NCBI GenBank assembly: GCA_051294905.1
Contig: CM119371.1
Span: 15,316,001-15,376,000, forward strand
Reading direction: 5' to 3'
From: Botryllus schlosseri
Lineage: Eukaryota
Length of the DNA: 60,000 bases
Shown piece after piece: positions 26,031 to 37,988 of the stretch (its first letter is position 1; every line of letters starts with the position of its first letter). A model generated the notes under the pieces. That model did not search any database. It had not been told where the DNA came from and was given only the letters and a program-made list of their open reading frames with translations. Position numbers and translations under genes: made by a program.

Positions 26031-26200
26031 CGCGTTCGTGAATACTGCAACTGTTGTATGGCCTTGACCTGCAGTTGTTCCGCCAAGCAATTTTGCATAT
26101 TCAACGTCATAACGATAATCTCCAATGCAGTCGGGATCCCACGACAGTTCAACCGACGAATCAGTCACGTAACTCTCCAAGTTTGTTGGTATCTTCGGTA
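26031..26200 (-). CDS. Fibronectin type III domain, first exon
   Basis: PKIPTNLESYVTDSSVELSWDPDCIGDYRYDVEY... (P-x-NL...LSW...Y); acceptor ttttcaaag (phase 1), donor GCG|gtgagt (phase 0), matching the 22879 exon. Confidence 0.82.
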
Positions 26201-27019
26201 CTTTGAAAACGATGAGTACAAAATGGTGATGTTTCACTTCAGCACAGGAATTGAGATTTCATTAGTGAGTGATCATTAAGAAGTGTTTGTTGGCTATATC
26301 CGGTGTACGTACAATATAGTCGGTGTACTGACTTAAAGTTTGTATTAAGCATATCCTCACTCAGTGTTACGTGGTCTTCGATTTTCTGAGACCCATCGTA
26401 AATGTTGTAATTGCAGCGGCGGATAGATGTAGGGGACTATTGGCGGTTGGGGCATAAAATATTTGTTATCAAAGCCATGTTGAATTTCACCAAAGAAAAA
26501 CTTTCTTCCACGTTGAAAAAAACTGTCATGGCGTCATAAATAATATGTATTTAAATATAGGTGATACTGAACAACAGTTTTGTATATTACATCACAATAT
26601 ATCGATCAAAGTCATGCTGCAGTGCGAGTGAATCCATACCTGCTTCAGTTTTAGATACTTTCAACTTAACATATCCTCATCGGCCGGGATCTGGGTCTAT
26701 TCCCTTTATCACAATATATAGGCAAGAGATGTACGCATCAGGATAGCTCCGCACCAAATGCTTCCATATATAACAGTAATATTCGCGCCGATAGTGCGAT
26801 AACAAAATCTTATATACTCACATACGTTTCCGAGCGTCATTTTTACATTGCAATGCATTTAGCAAGAGTATCGTCCTATTAACTAGTGTGTTCATATTGA
26901 AATGAATCCGAATATTTTCGGCTGACACTCGTCAGGGTAATCGTCAGCAATTAGTAGAGAATGGAAAGGAACATTGTGGTATGTCAACAATCGTATCACA
27001 AAGTATTGCGTCACCGGCA

Positions 27020-27290
27020 TGGTTTTTAGATGGTACACGAACTCCTTTTGTTGGTACAGACTTAGCTGGCGTATTTTGAAAAAAAGTCGACTCCAAGACA
27101 CTCAAATGAAAATGAGAACGGCTTCTCCTGACGATGCGAATGAAATCTGTCGTCTCGATAAGCGTAAGCTTTCATACAAGCAAGATTATCTGACAAATAC
27201 TTACCAATGGCAGAATTCATGACCTTTGTCTGCTCTGAATCACGATTCAGGGGTTGAATCAAGGGTGAGCTCTTCTCCGAGCGCATCACG
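27020..27290 (-). mobile_element. Penelope-like element GIY-YIG endonuclease C-terminal relic
   Basis: NSAIGKYLSDNLAC...DDRF and LSLYQQKEFVYHLK; homologous to the better-preserved copy at 49740-50112. Confidence 0.6.
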
Positions 27291-27594
27291 GGTTCATTTC
27301 ATTATGAATATTCATACTATTCAATTGTATATTGGAGTTCTGCACCTCCAACAAGCTCTTTATTATCATCCTACATCGCTTCTAGTCATATCACCGCCTC
27401 TTAGGTGATTTATCGTAACAATAACCTTCTATCTATGTAGAGGAGGCAATCATAGTGCGGTTCATTGAAAATATCAAATAATCGCAATTGTATCAGTTAC
27501 AGTGCTTCAGTGTTTGTTCACATCAGAAGTTTACGGAAATTTGGTGCTTATGCGACTTTGAACCGCAGATGGTTCGCGCCACGTTACATGCACA

Positions 27595-27703
27595 CATGTG
27601 TGGGCCGTGCTATAAGCAATTACGGAAAAATGAAGGACATTGGCCTGATGTAAATGGCCATAGTAGTCGACAAACACCATGACTACCAAAAAACAAACAA
27701 ACA
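27595..27703 (+). mobile_element. SINE family A 3' fragment
   Basis: gccgtgctataag...gtaaatggccatagtagtcgacaaacaccatgactacca followed by (AAAC)n; same tail at 39158-39290, 53740-53886 and 57480-57612. Confidence 0.75.
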
Positions 27704-27744
27704 ATATCTTACCCCAGTTCAACAGCGGGTCTTCGCTATTGCAA

Positions 27745-29052
27745 TTATTCCCAGAATTGCTTTCGTCTGCATCAGTGTATCCTTCCCGTCCGCCCAACAC
27801 ATAAACCGACTTTTTATCGCTCGCAACAAAAAATCCATCTGAATGTCGCATATCCTCGTAATCCACCCTGTGCCTCTCAACAGAGGCTATATCAAACATC
27901 ATAGTTGACCGAATGGAGACCATTATCACCCATTTTCCTGTGCAAATAATCTGATTATACTGTGACTTATCGCGGCCACCGTATTCGTCGTCGCTTTCGT
28001 CTTCGTCATCGCTACCGTCGTCGTCGCTACCGTCGTCTTCCCCCATTGTCATTACACATCTCCATTCGGTCCCGTTGAAGGCGTGCAAAGAAACACTGTC
28101 GCCAACGTAAAGTATCCCCTGATATTCCACAGCCTGACAATGCCGGCCAACAGCTGATGGCAGTTCACCGGCTTTTTCCCACGTCTCATTGCACAAATCG
28201 TATTGGTAAACCACTTTCGTAGCTTTATTAATCGACGTGTTGTGGCTCATCGGCGGGATCCTGTTCTCAGCGGGGAAGCTTGCCTGCGAAGAAATTTCGG
28301 ACATGTTGCAGGCATTTCAGCGAGCCATCAATCAGATTCACTGTACAAATTCGCTTTTTCACGATTTCTCGCGGAATGCGCTGTAAATCGATCTTTAGAA
28401 ATAGATCGTGAAATTGTGTTTTTCTTTCTTCGACATTCGCGTTCGTCCACACCACCAGCCCGGCCCATTTTATGAGCTCGGACGATCGAAACGAACCCCT
28501 CATCAAATCGAAACAATAATCCATCATTTCGTAATCCAGCAAGTTGATACGGGTAGACTTTACGAGCGCATGTAGATTAGTATCAAGAAATGTCAATATC
28601 GGCCCATTTAAAGCATCCTTGTTATAGAGACGAGACAAGTTGATCACTTCCGCGAACGTTGTCAGATCAATGTTTTCGGCCAGGAATTCGACGCATAGTT
28701 CTGATAGTTTCGGCATCTGCAGCATTTCCGCTGCATCAAGCAGGCCTCTCGCTAATATCTTGGAGATCCCCACAGACCCCAAATAAATGAAGTCGACGCA
28801 TTGGCTCAAAACCTCGGGAGTCATTGCCGAAGAGAAGTCTATAATTCCGGTGTTGGCTTCGTACGTGTCATTGGAGAACATCCCCCTAAAATATTCCGTG
28901 GATGCGGCCAACACGCATTTATGCGCCATAACTTTGACGTATCCGCATGTAATGGTGACGTCGCAAAACTCCCTATTTGCTTTTAATTGCGACAACAGAT
29001 TACTCTGGTGTGGTTACGATTTTTTGTAAACGATCGTCATCTCAGAGTCCAT
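27745..29052 (-). pseudogene. Intronless BTB-BACK-Kelch pseudogene
   Basis: ATG at 29052 (MDSEMTIVYKKS*PHQSNLLSQLK) with in-frame TAA at 29014-29016; BTB FCDVTITCG...HKCVLAASTEYFRGMF; 1-nt frameshift near 28270; kelch part lost after YVLGGREGYTDADESNS, where the ORF runs into an antisense SINE tail. Confidence 0.88.
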
Positions 29053-29167
29053 AATCTATTCCGCTACAAGAATACCAGAAGACTGAAATAGATGTTGTAA
29101 TATAGTACAGCCTAACATATTTTCCCGGTCGATCTTTTATTATATTTTTTAACTTCGGCAATACAAT

Positions 29168-29562
29168 TAGGGTTGCATTTAAAACAAAAATCAATTTAAA
29201 ACAAACGTGTTGAAACAAGGCCCTTGTCTAGAACATGTTTTTTTATTGTTTTTATTTGTTTTTTTTAAGTCATGACGTCATCATTATTCAATGGTGACGT
29301 CATAGTGGATTGATATTACCAATTGAAATTATAGGGTAATATATAGCTCCTTTGACGAAATATCTATGTACTATAGCTGTTGAACCGACTATCTTGAGGT
29401 TTCCAACCATCCTATATCGTATATGTCGGCTATATGAGTTGGTAGTAGTCCGTAGGCTCATACAACACGTTTTTTGAAGTATTTACACAATTATGGCATA
29501 ATTATACAACTAGAAAAGAAAAACAATTTTTTAAAGGTATTTCTGTAGAATATGCAGCCCTA
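29168..29562. mobile_element. hAT (Ac-type) MITE just upstream of the kelch pseudogene
   Basis: TIRs TAGGGTTGCAT / ATGCAGCCCTA; perfect TSD aatacaat. Confidence 0.85.
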
Positions 29563-30751
29563 AATACAATGGCATTTTACAATGTGCGTCTTGGATAAGG
29601 TGTGACCCAAATTTACATCCGCCTGGCAAGCGTTTGAACCGCGTGTTTCAAATATCGGTCAGAAACATATGGCCGACACAATGCCGTTGCATGAGAATAA
29701 AGAGGAATCATAGTGTATGAGTTTTTTTAAATCTGCGAAGCACACCATGGAATGGAATTTGAGGTATATCGCTTCGGCATATCTTGCCACGCAAGTTCCA
29801 AACATCTGAAGCAGGCGACACATCGCTTCGTCGTTCGGAAAGAGCATTATCAAACATTACGTGTCCAAACTAGAATCGATCTATTAATCTGAATCGCGTT
29901 ATCGCGAAGCATTATGAGCGCTTTACATCAGTCTATCATACTATGCTCATTTCCAAAAGCTATTTAGCCATTTCCATGACCTACAAGCTGCAACAGTGTA
30001 GGTCTATAACGCCTATCTATCAAAATAGGTTACCATAGTTGTGACCCAATATAAACGGTGCGTCTTAAAATCAACGCTCCGTAATACTGTAGAAACACCT
30101 ATGCCGGTATAAAGTTGTAAACCCCTACTGGATAGCTTACTCACGACTGCATGAAAGTCTGGAAGATATTAATTTTATTTTATCCCTGTCGAGCGGCGTA
30201 CCGTAAATGCGGAATTACTAGCCATCCACATAAACACTACAATATTATTCAAATCGTCGTATGGATATTAGATTTCTTGCTAAATATGATGTTGTATCCC
30301 GTGAATGAAATAAAGAAGCACTATATTCGAATAAATATGACGTCGCTGCAATGAAAATCATAACTGCTGAGTGAAGCGCCAATAAATATTCATGGCTCAC
30401 TTCTTTTGTTCAACTTTCTGTGCCCTATCGTAGATTTCCCTGGATTGAATTCAATACCCTAATTAATGAATACAGATTTACTGATGTCTGGAGATATGAG
30501 CTTATATCATTGACATAACCGAATGATACCATAAATTAGTTATCCGCTTATTTATTACAAACTAGATTCAATCCCCAACTACGGGTATTGTTACGGGTAG
30601 ATATCAGTAAATACATTGCAAATATTTTGAATTGAATCTCTAATGAAAGGATGGACAAATATTCAAATTATTCGACCGCACTGACGGCACATGGCGCAAC
30701 TTCCTAACTCTTCTCACAAACAAATCTATGTCGCAGCATGTTTGTATATGT

Positions 30752-33090
30752 CAGTGGTTCTCAACCTTTTTTGACACGCGCCCCCCTTGGAGATGGTCAA
30801 GAAAATCGCGCCCCCCTGACCCCCCTTGCATTTACCGTCATGTAAAAAGAGCACATCATCTAATACCGAGGCGGGCAACGTTTTTGATAATCATGGCCGC
30901 ATTTCGATTGCTTATGTAGCGTAAGGCCGCATTCCAGGGCATAGCCGCAATGAACGATCCGGACGCAAAATTCCTATCCCATATCCATTCCCGGTGAACT
31001 CCGGACTATTCTAATTTTCACAATGGCCTATTGTGCGCACCGAAATAGCGAGTGTCAATGTTATGAATAGTTGCCGGGAGGTGCATATTGTCGCGTGGAG
31101 CGCGAAAATTTTTCAGGACCGCGAACGAATTGTTATTTCTTGCCAATTCCCATTCCGGCTCAGATTACGAAGGGCGCTGCATTAACCCTTTTCAAATCGG
31201 GTCAGTTTTCGCGAAACTGACCATCACTATTCAAATTCATACCGTGACCTCAGCAAGACTCAAATATGGGTTGTTTCAGTTTAAAAGTGGGCGGACTATA
31301 TGCCTCTGCCGTTTTCGCCTTCGATCGACACCCCAAGACATGTCTAGGGTTTTTTACAAGACTAAACAAACGAACTTTTTTTCTGAAAAATCTCTTTCTC
31401 TCTTTCATTTTTCAATACCGACCCCCAGGATGGCGTCAGAGAGTTAAAAATGATGCATCAGTGCGTAGCCACCGTTGCCTGGTTTCGAACAAGCCGTCAA
31501 CCATGGCCGTAAGCCGCGCGGATCGCCAGATATCAAAAAATCAAAAATATATAAAAATTTACATATGGGCGTGGTCAGTGAGTGGTCATAATGGTCAAGT
31601 TCAAGATCAATACCGAATCGGATCCCTACCTCCCAGTTAATGGCATGAAACAACGTGGTATACTTTGTCCTGTCGTATCCAACCATTTGCGGGCATAGTT
31701 AACCAGTTTAGGACTCATATTCGGCCACGAACCAGTATTTTAACTTGACTATGTTCATGAAAATCACTGAAGCGTGACCGCAAGTAACAAACCCCCTCAG
31801 AATACACCCCAGAACAAGGTTAGACGTTTGAAACGGTGAAAAATTACACAGAATACCGTACAAGTCTACTTATAATGTTCTGGCAGAATTTCTGACTATA
31901 TTTCCCACTCGGAAAATATCTGGAAATTTTGCGTGATAACCACTTTTTTAGTCATGCGTATTTTCGGCCGAACTCCTCATGTAAGATCGTCGGTACTCGA
32001 AAATTGTCATGCCTTCTACCTTCGAATTAGGTGTCATATATATCAGAAGATTGCTAGCTTTCTCTAAAAACCAAAATGAGGCCTCTAGGACGTACAACAA
32101 TGAAGATATGTCCAGCTGAAGTTGAGCGATGAAAGGACACGGTGATATATAACCGCAGACTTCAAAGGGGTTAAAATCGAAAAATGAATTCTTGTTGAAT
32201 TGCGCGGAGGGCGATGAAAATTTCAAGATTAATTAAAATCTCTCGAAAATGCGGGAGTGAATTCGTAATTGCAATTTGAATGTCTACGGCCGCCAACACA
32301 TACTAATTGAATTAGGCGTCTACGGCCGCTCAAATTGCCTTCTACGGCTGCAGGCTGCCCACCCCTGATCTAATAGTATACATAAGGTATATCTTACGTC
32401 AATTTTGAATCTGCATTCCAGTTGTTGAGTCTTTTACATTGCTGACAAATTTCTCCAAACTTGTTTGAAAATAACAAAAAAAACATTGAACAAGACATCC
32501 ATTAATTAATTTCAAGGTAGGTCACCCTGAAACTAATCCTGATGCTGGTAGTGAGTACAGAGAGCAAGGCGTCGTTCTGTCCTGCCAGGCTAAATTTGAT
32601 CAGTTTTGGAAATTAATTAAATTGTGTTGATTTATAGTGTAATTGAGGGCGAAACCGGGCAACCTATATGTTGCATCTAAGTCTGTCTTAGGCAGTGCAG
32701 TTCGCAAGCTATTAACAACAGCTGCCCAGCGCGACAAGCTTTAGGCTACTGTCAAAGCTATGAAGCAATGAATGACTTACACGTGAGGATTGCTCTCTAT
32801 ATCTCCAAAGAATTTCAAAAATTTGCTCAAATGAAGTTGAAATCAGACTATATACTCCGTTGAGCGTGATTGCTAGAGTTGCAAGCTTTCTTGAATATGG
32901 AATAAATTTCATCTTCATTAATCGTCTTCTCATAATGGATGTGAAACACATGTTTAGACACGTACAATTTATACTGACTTTGTTAATTTCTCGCGATCCC
33001 CCTATACTGACTTCGTCAATTTCTCGCGCCCCCCCTGAGAGCCTCCCGCACCCCCCAAGGGGGGCGCGCCCCCCAGGTTGAGAACCCCTG
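30752..33090. mobile_element. Composite hAT (Buster-type) non-autonomous element
   Basis: TIRs CAGTGGTTCTCAACC / GGTTGAGAACCCCTG; perfect TSD gtatatgt; internal pieces shared with the 3420-3830 region. Confidence 0.88.
31186..32170. mobile_element. Possible piggyBac-like non-autonomous element
   Basis: TTAA|CCCTTTTCAAATC ... GACTTCAAAGGGG|TTAA; imperfect TIRs. Confidence 0.45.
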
Positions 33091-33209
33091 GTATATGTGG
33101 TTCCACATGAATCACAAATTTTTGAATGAAAAAAACGTCGATAAATAATTGTTAGGCGTAGTGATCTGTGGTTATGGCGTAGGACACCTTTCCACGTTTT
33201 CTTTGCACA

Positions 33210-36200
33210 TTCGTTAAATTCTGTGTTACTCTGCTTTCACCACGAGATTTATACCAATTGACACATCGACCTTGGGCCTGGTGTTTATTTCTCGTCATGT
33301 ATGAGTGAGTCTCTCATTTCCTGACAGCTGTTGTAGGTATGAAATCGGCAAAGGTCGAAGCCTATCGCTGTTGAATTGAGTGCAGCATTTGATGATGTTC
33401 GGATGGTGACTTCCAACGACTCGGTTAATGCAAGCTCCGTGAGATTGACTTGCTGTTGGGTCATATTCAATGGTTTACTGGAGATATCGTAGTCCTTCAC
33501 AATCGAGTGCGTCGTGATGTCGCACGAGATGCTACTCGCTAATTCTCCTCGCAAGCAAATTAACATCACAGCAGGTAGTCGTAGTTTTGAATAGGATAAG
33601 TTTACTCGAATTGCAACAGAAGGACACAGTTTGGCGTTGCGATCGTACCGCACGTACTGACGACATTTTCATTTGGTTATTCGTTCAATAATTATGTTTC
33701 TCCCGAGGCCTAAAATAACTTAGGTATAGTAGGCCACTGTTACTCTACCCTGACTACACAAGAGATGTATACCAAATGCACGTAAAATCTTGGCATCACG
33801 AGTTATCGCATGGTTATGAATGAGGGCGTCTCACATTTCCGCACAGTGTATCCAATTTGTATGGCGCTTTAGCGTTAAGCTGTCTATTTGACCTAATTCT
33901 CTTGCCATAAAGAAATGCGAGCACCGTTAAGGCGCGAATCACTTGGTGCTGAATCTAGCACCATACTGAATCGATTACTACTGAGCTCAAGAAATCAATT
34001 CTGACTACGGCATCGTCTCGCGTCAGATGACAAAGAAAAAATGCAAACATCAGCTGGACGAGATTGACTTGATCTTTAATGTAGCACGTGACTTATTTGA
34101 GATTGAATTAGTACTGAGATCTCTATATCGATTCTGACTCCAGCTTCATCTAGCATTTGTGTACGCTGTTCTCCTGGTTCTACATCTATAGACATTAGAC
34201 ATGACAACTGTTGACTGAAAAAGTACGCGATGAGCATTATCGTGCCTCTCTGCCTACAGCATACATACATGCCCTGCGCGAGACTGATTTCCGGGTACTA
34301 ACGTGGCATGTAACAGTAGTAGCATATGTAAGTGTCACCATATGGAGATCCACATGGGAAAGCTCGTATCACAGACCCGTTTTATAAATCAGATCGTGAG
34401 ATCATGCGCCCTTATTTCAATACCTCGACGATAACGCAGGTTAGGCTGTGCTCAGTGAACGCGGGATATGCTTGAAAGTAATCTTCGTAACTGTCTTGAA
34501 TTTGACATATAAATACATTTTCGTTTATCTGTCATTATGGACAGAACCGGGAAAACAATTACCAATTCTTCACTCAACCAATTAGATACCATAGTATGTA
34601 TTTACTAGTTATAGTTTACGGGTTACAAATGCTTAAATTTTAAAAAATACATTATATTTTGTCGTTTTGCGATCGTACTGATAGCGTTATATAACTTTAT
34701 AGTTTACACTTTTCCCCCTTACTACGTACTGGATATATACCAAATGGAGATAATAACCTTGCGCCACGGGTTTTATATGGTGCAATAGTGCTGAACTCAT
34801 TTTATCGCAGCTATGTTAGTTAGCTCTGAAATCACTACTAATATCGAATCATATCGAAGTTGAGGTAAGTGCTAGAGTCGAGGATGTTAGGAAGGTGACT
34901 GCTACTGACTTTGTTAATTTAGGCGCCGTGAGAGTGACTTGCTCTGGTGTCATATTAGATGGATTACTGGAAATATCGCATTCATTCACAATCAAGGATG
35001 GACTCTGGTGTCACGCGAAATGCTCCTCGCTATTTGTTCTCGCAATCAAATAGATAATACATCATGCAGTTGTTGGTTGTAGTTGGTTACGGTTGTATTT
35101 TAATTATAAGTGAAAAACATTGGAAACTGTTTCGCATGGGGTTCGTATCACGTGCGCTGAAGTTATATCGTGTAGCACACCTTTCCACTTTCATTCATAA
35201 AATTATTTGTTTCCCTTGGGGCCTACGATAACTTATAATGTAAGGTGTCATAGGCCTCGGTTCTTGTGATTTCATTTCCACTTTTACTACGCAGGAGATA
35301 TATATACCAAATGGACGCAAAATCTTCGCGCCACGGGTTTTACGTTTTACATGATCAATTGATCATTGATCATGCATGAGCGCGTCTCTCATTTCATGAA
35401 AGATTATATCGATTCTACATAATGCCTTAACATCAAAGTTTCCTGAAAGATCGCATTTTGGCGCTCTCCGTAAGGCACATCTGCACATTTTCTAGGCGCG
35501 AGTTACTTGACTTGGTGCTCATATCACGTGATTCATCATCACATCCTCATTTTATTGAAATTCTTATCAAATCAATGCAATATAAGATTGAAATATGACT
35601 TATTCTAAATTAGATCAATACCGAGCTCAGGAAATAGCTAATGACTGCAGCTTCATCTCACATTTGATGACGTCATTTATCTGACTTTACACTAGGGTTA
35701 CCATACGTCCTCTTTTAAGAGGATTTGTCCATTGTTTTGACTAAATTCACCGGTTTTTGAGAACTCTTCTCCGGTTTTGCAAGTCTCAAATTTCTGAAAA
35801 AGTATCCTCTTTTTAGATGTCCAAAATATGGTAAGCCTACTTTACACACGTGTCAACTTTCGATTAAAAAAAGCCATCGACGAGCATTATTGTGCCTATC
35901 TGCCAACAACATGAAGATATGCGGGACTGTTTTTCTAAAACCCGTAGTATGTTTCAGTGACATAGTAGTGGCCCGCTAGTGGGTGTACCAGTGTGGAAAT
36001 AACAGCACGAGAAAGCCGGTGCCGCACGCACCTTTTATAAATCTGATCGCAAGATATATCGCAACATGTATGCCCAGATGTAATTTCACATATGTTACAG
36101 CTTTTTGAATTTAGGAAAACATGGGCAACTGTTTGGCGTAACAATCATTCTATATACCGAGGCTATGGCTCAGGACACTTTTTCACGTTTATCTGTTATT

Positions 36201-36905
36201 CTGTTTCCCCCCTTACTAAGCAAGGGAATGTATTTGTATACCAATTAAAATCAAAACCTTGCGTAACTGGTTTTTATATATTGTCATGTATGACTGCGTC
36301 TAATATCATAACAGCTGTTCACCGGAAAGTGTCGAAGCCGCTCGGGGCTCGATGTTAAACTGAGTGCAGCGGTTGATGATCGTAGGATGATGAGTTTCAA
36401 CGACTTGGTTAATACAATCTCCGTAAGATTAACGTTCTGTAGATTAGAATTACTGTATATCGCACTCACTCACAATCTTGAAGTGAGCTCTGATGTGACA
36501 AGCATGTTACCCGCTATTTCTTCTCGCCAACGACCAGATACACAAATACAAATAGGTATAAATAAATACACAGTGTCTATTTGTAGTTTTGAATCGGTTG
36601 CGAGTTTTTGAATTACAAAAAAAACGAACATCGGAAATTCTTTCGTTTGTGATTGTGCCCCGTACAGACGGTATGGCGAAGGTGACTTCCCTCTTTTAAC
36701 TACAAAATCATTGGTTTCTCATAGGGTCTACGATAACTTGGGTATAAATTAATTATCATAATCCTGATTTCTCTGCCTCCACTCTTTACTACGCAAGAGA
36801 TGCATACTAAATGAGCGTAGGAGCTTCGCGCAACGGGTTTTAATCAGTCATACATGAGTGCATTTCCCTTTTAATCACGGTGTATCGAATCTACATTATG
36901 ATTTA
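33210..36905 (-). repeat. Diverged ~1.5-kb tandem repeat (2.5 units, each with two sub-repeats); probable decayed repeat-protein gene
   Basis: Motif ctttactacgcaagaga..tataccaaatg...ttgcgccacgggtttta recurs at ~33234, 33750, 34717, 35281, 36211 and 36785; minus-strand consensus EMRDALxH..KTRGAKxLRxFGIxLLRSK. Confidence 0.7.
35693..35839. mobile_element. Small hAT MITE
   Basis: TIRs TAGGGTTACCATA / TATGGTAAGCCTA; perfect TSD ctttacac; related end at ~55960-56073. Confidence 0.85.
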
Positions 36906-37086
36906 GCACAGAGGTGGGCAAACTACGGCCCGCGGGCCGCATGCGGCCCTCAACACCGTTCTGTGCGGCCCGCGAGAGTCTAAAGAAACTTATAAAAAAA
37001 ATTGAAAAAATGCGTACTAAAATCTAATTAATGCAGGGAGTTGATTAAACTCTTTCTTAGTATATTTCACCATGATAATTCTAAGG

Positions 37087-37425
37087 CAGTGGCTGTCAAA
37101 CGGAGGGGCGCGCTGTCGTTGGAGGCGTGAAAGCATCTGAAAATGGGAGGGGATACGTGAAGCTGAGCTCGACTGAAATATTTTTTCGCGCTCGCTTTTC
37201 GCGATTTGCATACAATTCATAATTATTGCTCTGGTTTTAGTCTGAATTTCATGTTTAAAAATCTCTCAACCACAGTCGTAACCTTCCATGCCATCAAAAC
37301 TATCCGTTAGGTTTACTAGCATCCTGGTTGCGTTTTGTGATATGAAGATAATGGGGGAGGGGGGGGGGGGTCTTTCACCATCATATCATAAGGAAGGCGT
37401 GTCTTAAAAAGTTTGAGAACCACTG
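37087..37425. mobile_element. hAT (Buster-type) MITE
   Basis: TIRs CAGTGGCTGTCAAAC / GTTTGAGAACCACTG; perfect TSD ttctaagg; nested in another element that starts at ~36909. Confidence 0.85.
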
Positions 37426-37988
37426 TTCTAAGGTAAATATCAAAAAGTCGCGACTCAAGTCAGTGCAATCATATGCTATCGATATAACTCAAGTCCCTCG
37501 CATTTCTAGCCTGATGCAAACGATAAATTAAATCACTGCTGATTCGAATAAGATACTGAAAATTATGCTTAAATCAAGTCACTACTTTTCAATATTATTT
37601 TATTGTACATAATTCACAACGGAACATAGTTAATAGATATGAAATTCAAAGTGATTTGCGCAGTGAAAAGCATAGAACTATCATGATATCAGTGATGCAA
37701 TCCAAAGAAGGAATAAATGAAGTTGATGCTATGACAGGGGCGGGCAACTTCTCCAGTCGGCGGGCCGGGTATAGAAAAATTAAGTACTTGGCGGGCCGGA
37801 TTGCTGAATCGACACATTATTCGCCCATTTATCCACATACACAAGCAATAAATCGTATTTAATGAATGTATTTTAACGACAGTATAATGCCACTTCAAAG
37901 CCGGTTCTCGCCGATAATGACGAGGATATAATGTGGATTTGAGAACAGCATTGTCATACAGGCGCCGCCATGTCTGCTTCTCTCTGAT

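Noticed and set aside
33520..33660. Discoidin (F5/8C) domain suggested by ICLRGEL
   Set aside because: The other repeat units read LREQIA and WREEIA, so the motif is not conserved.
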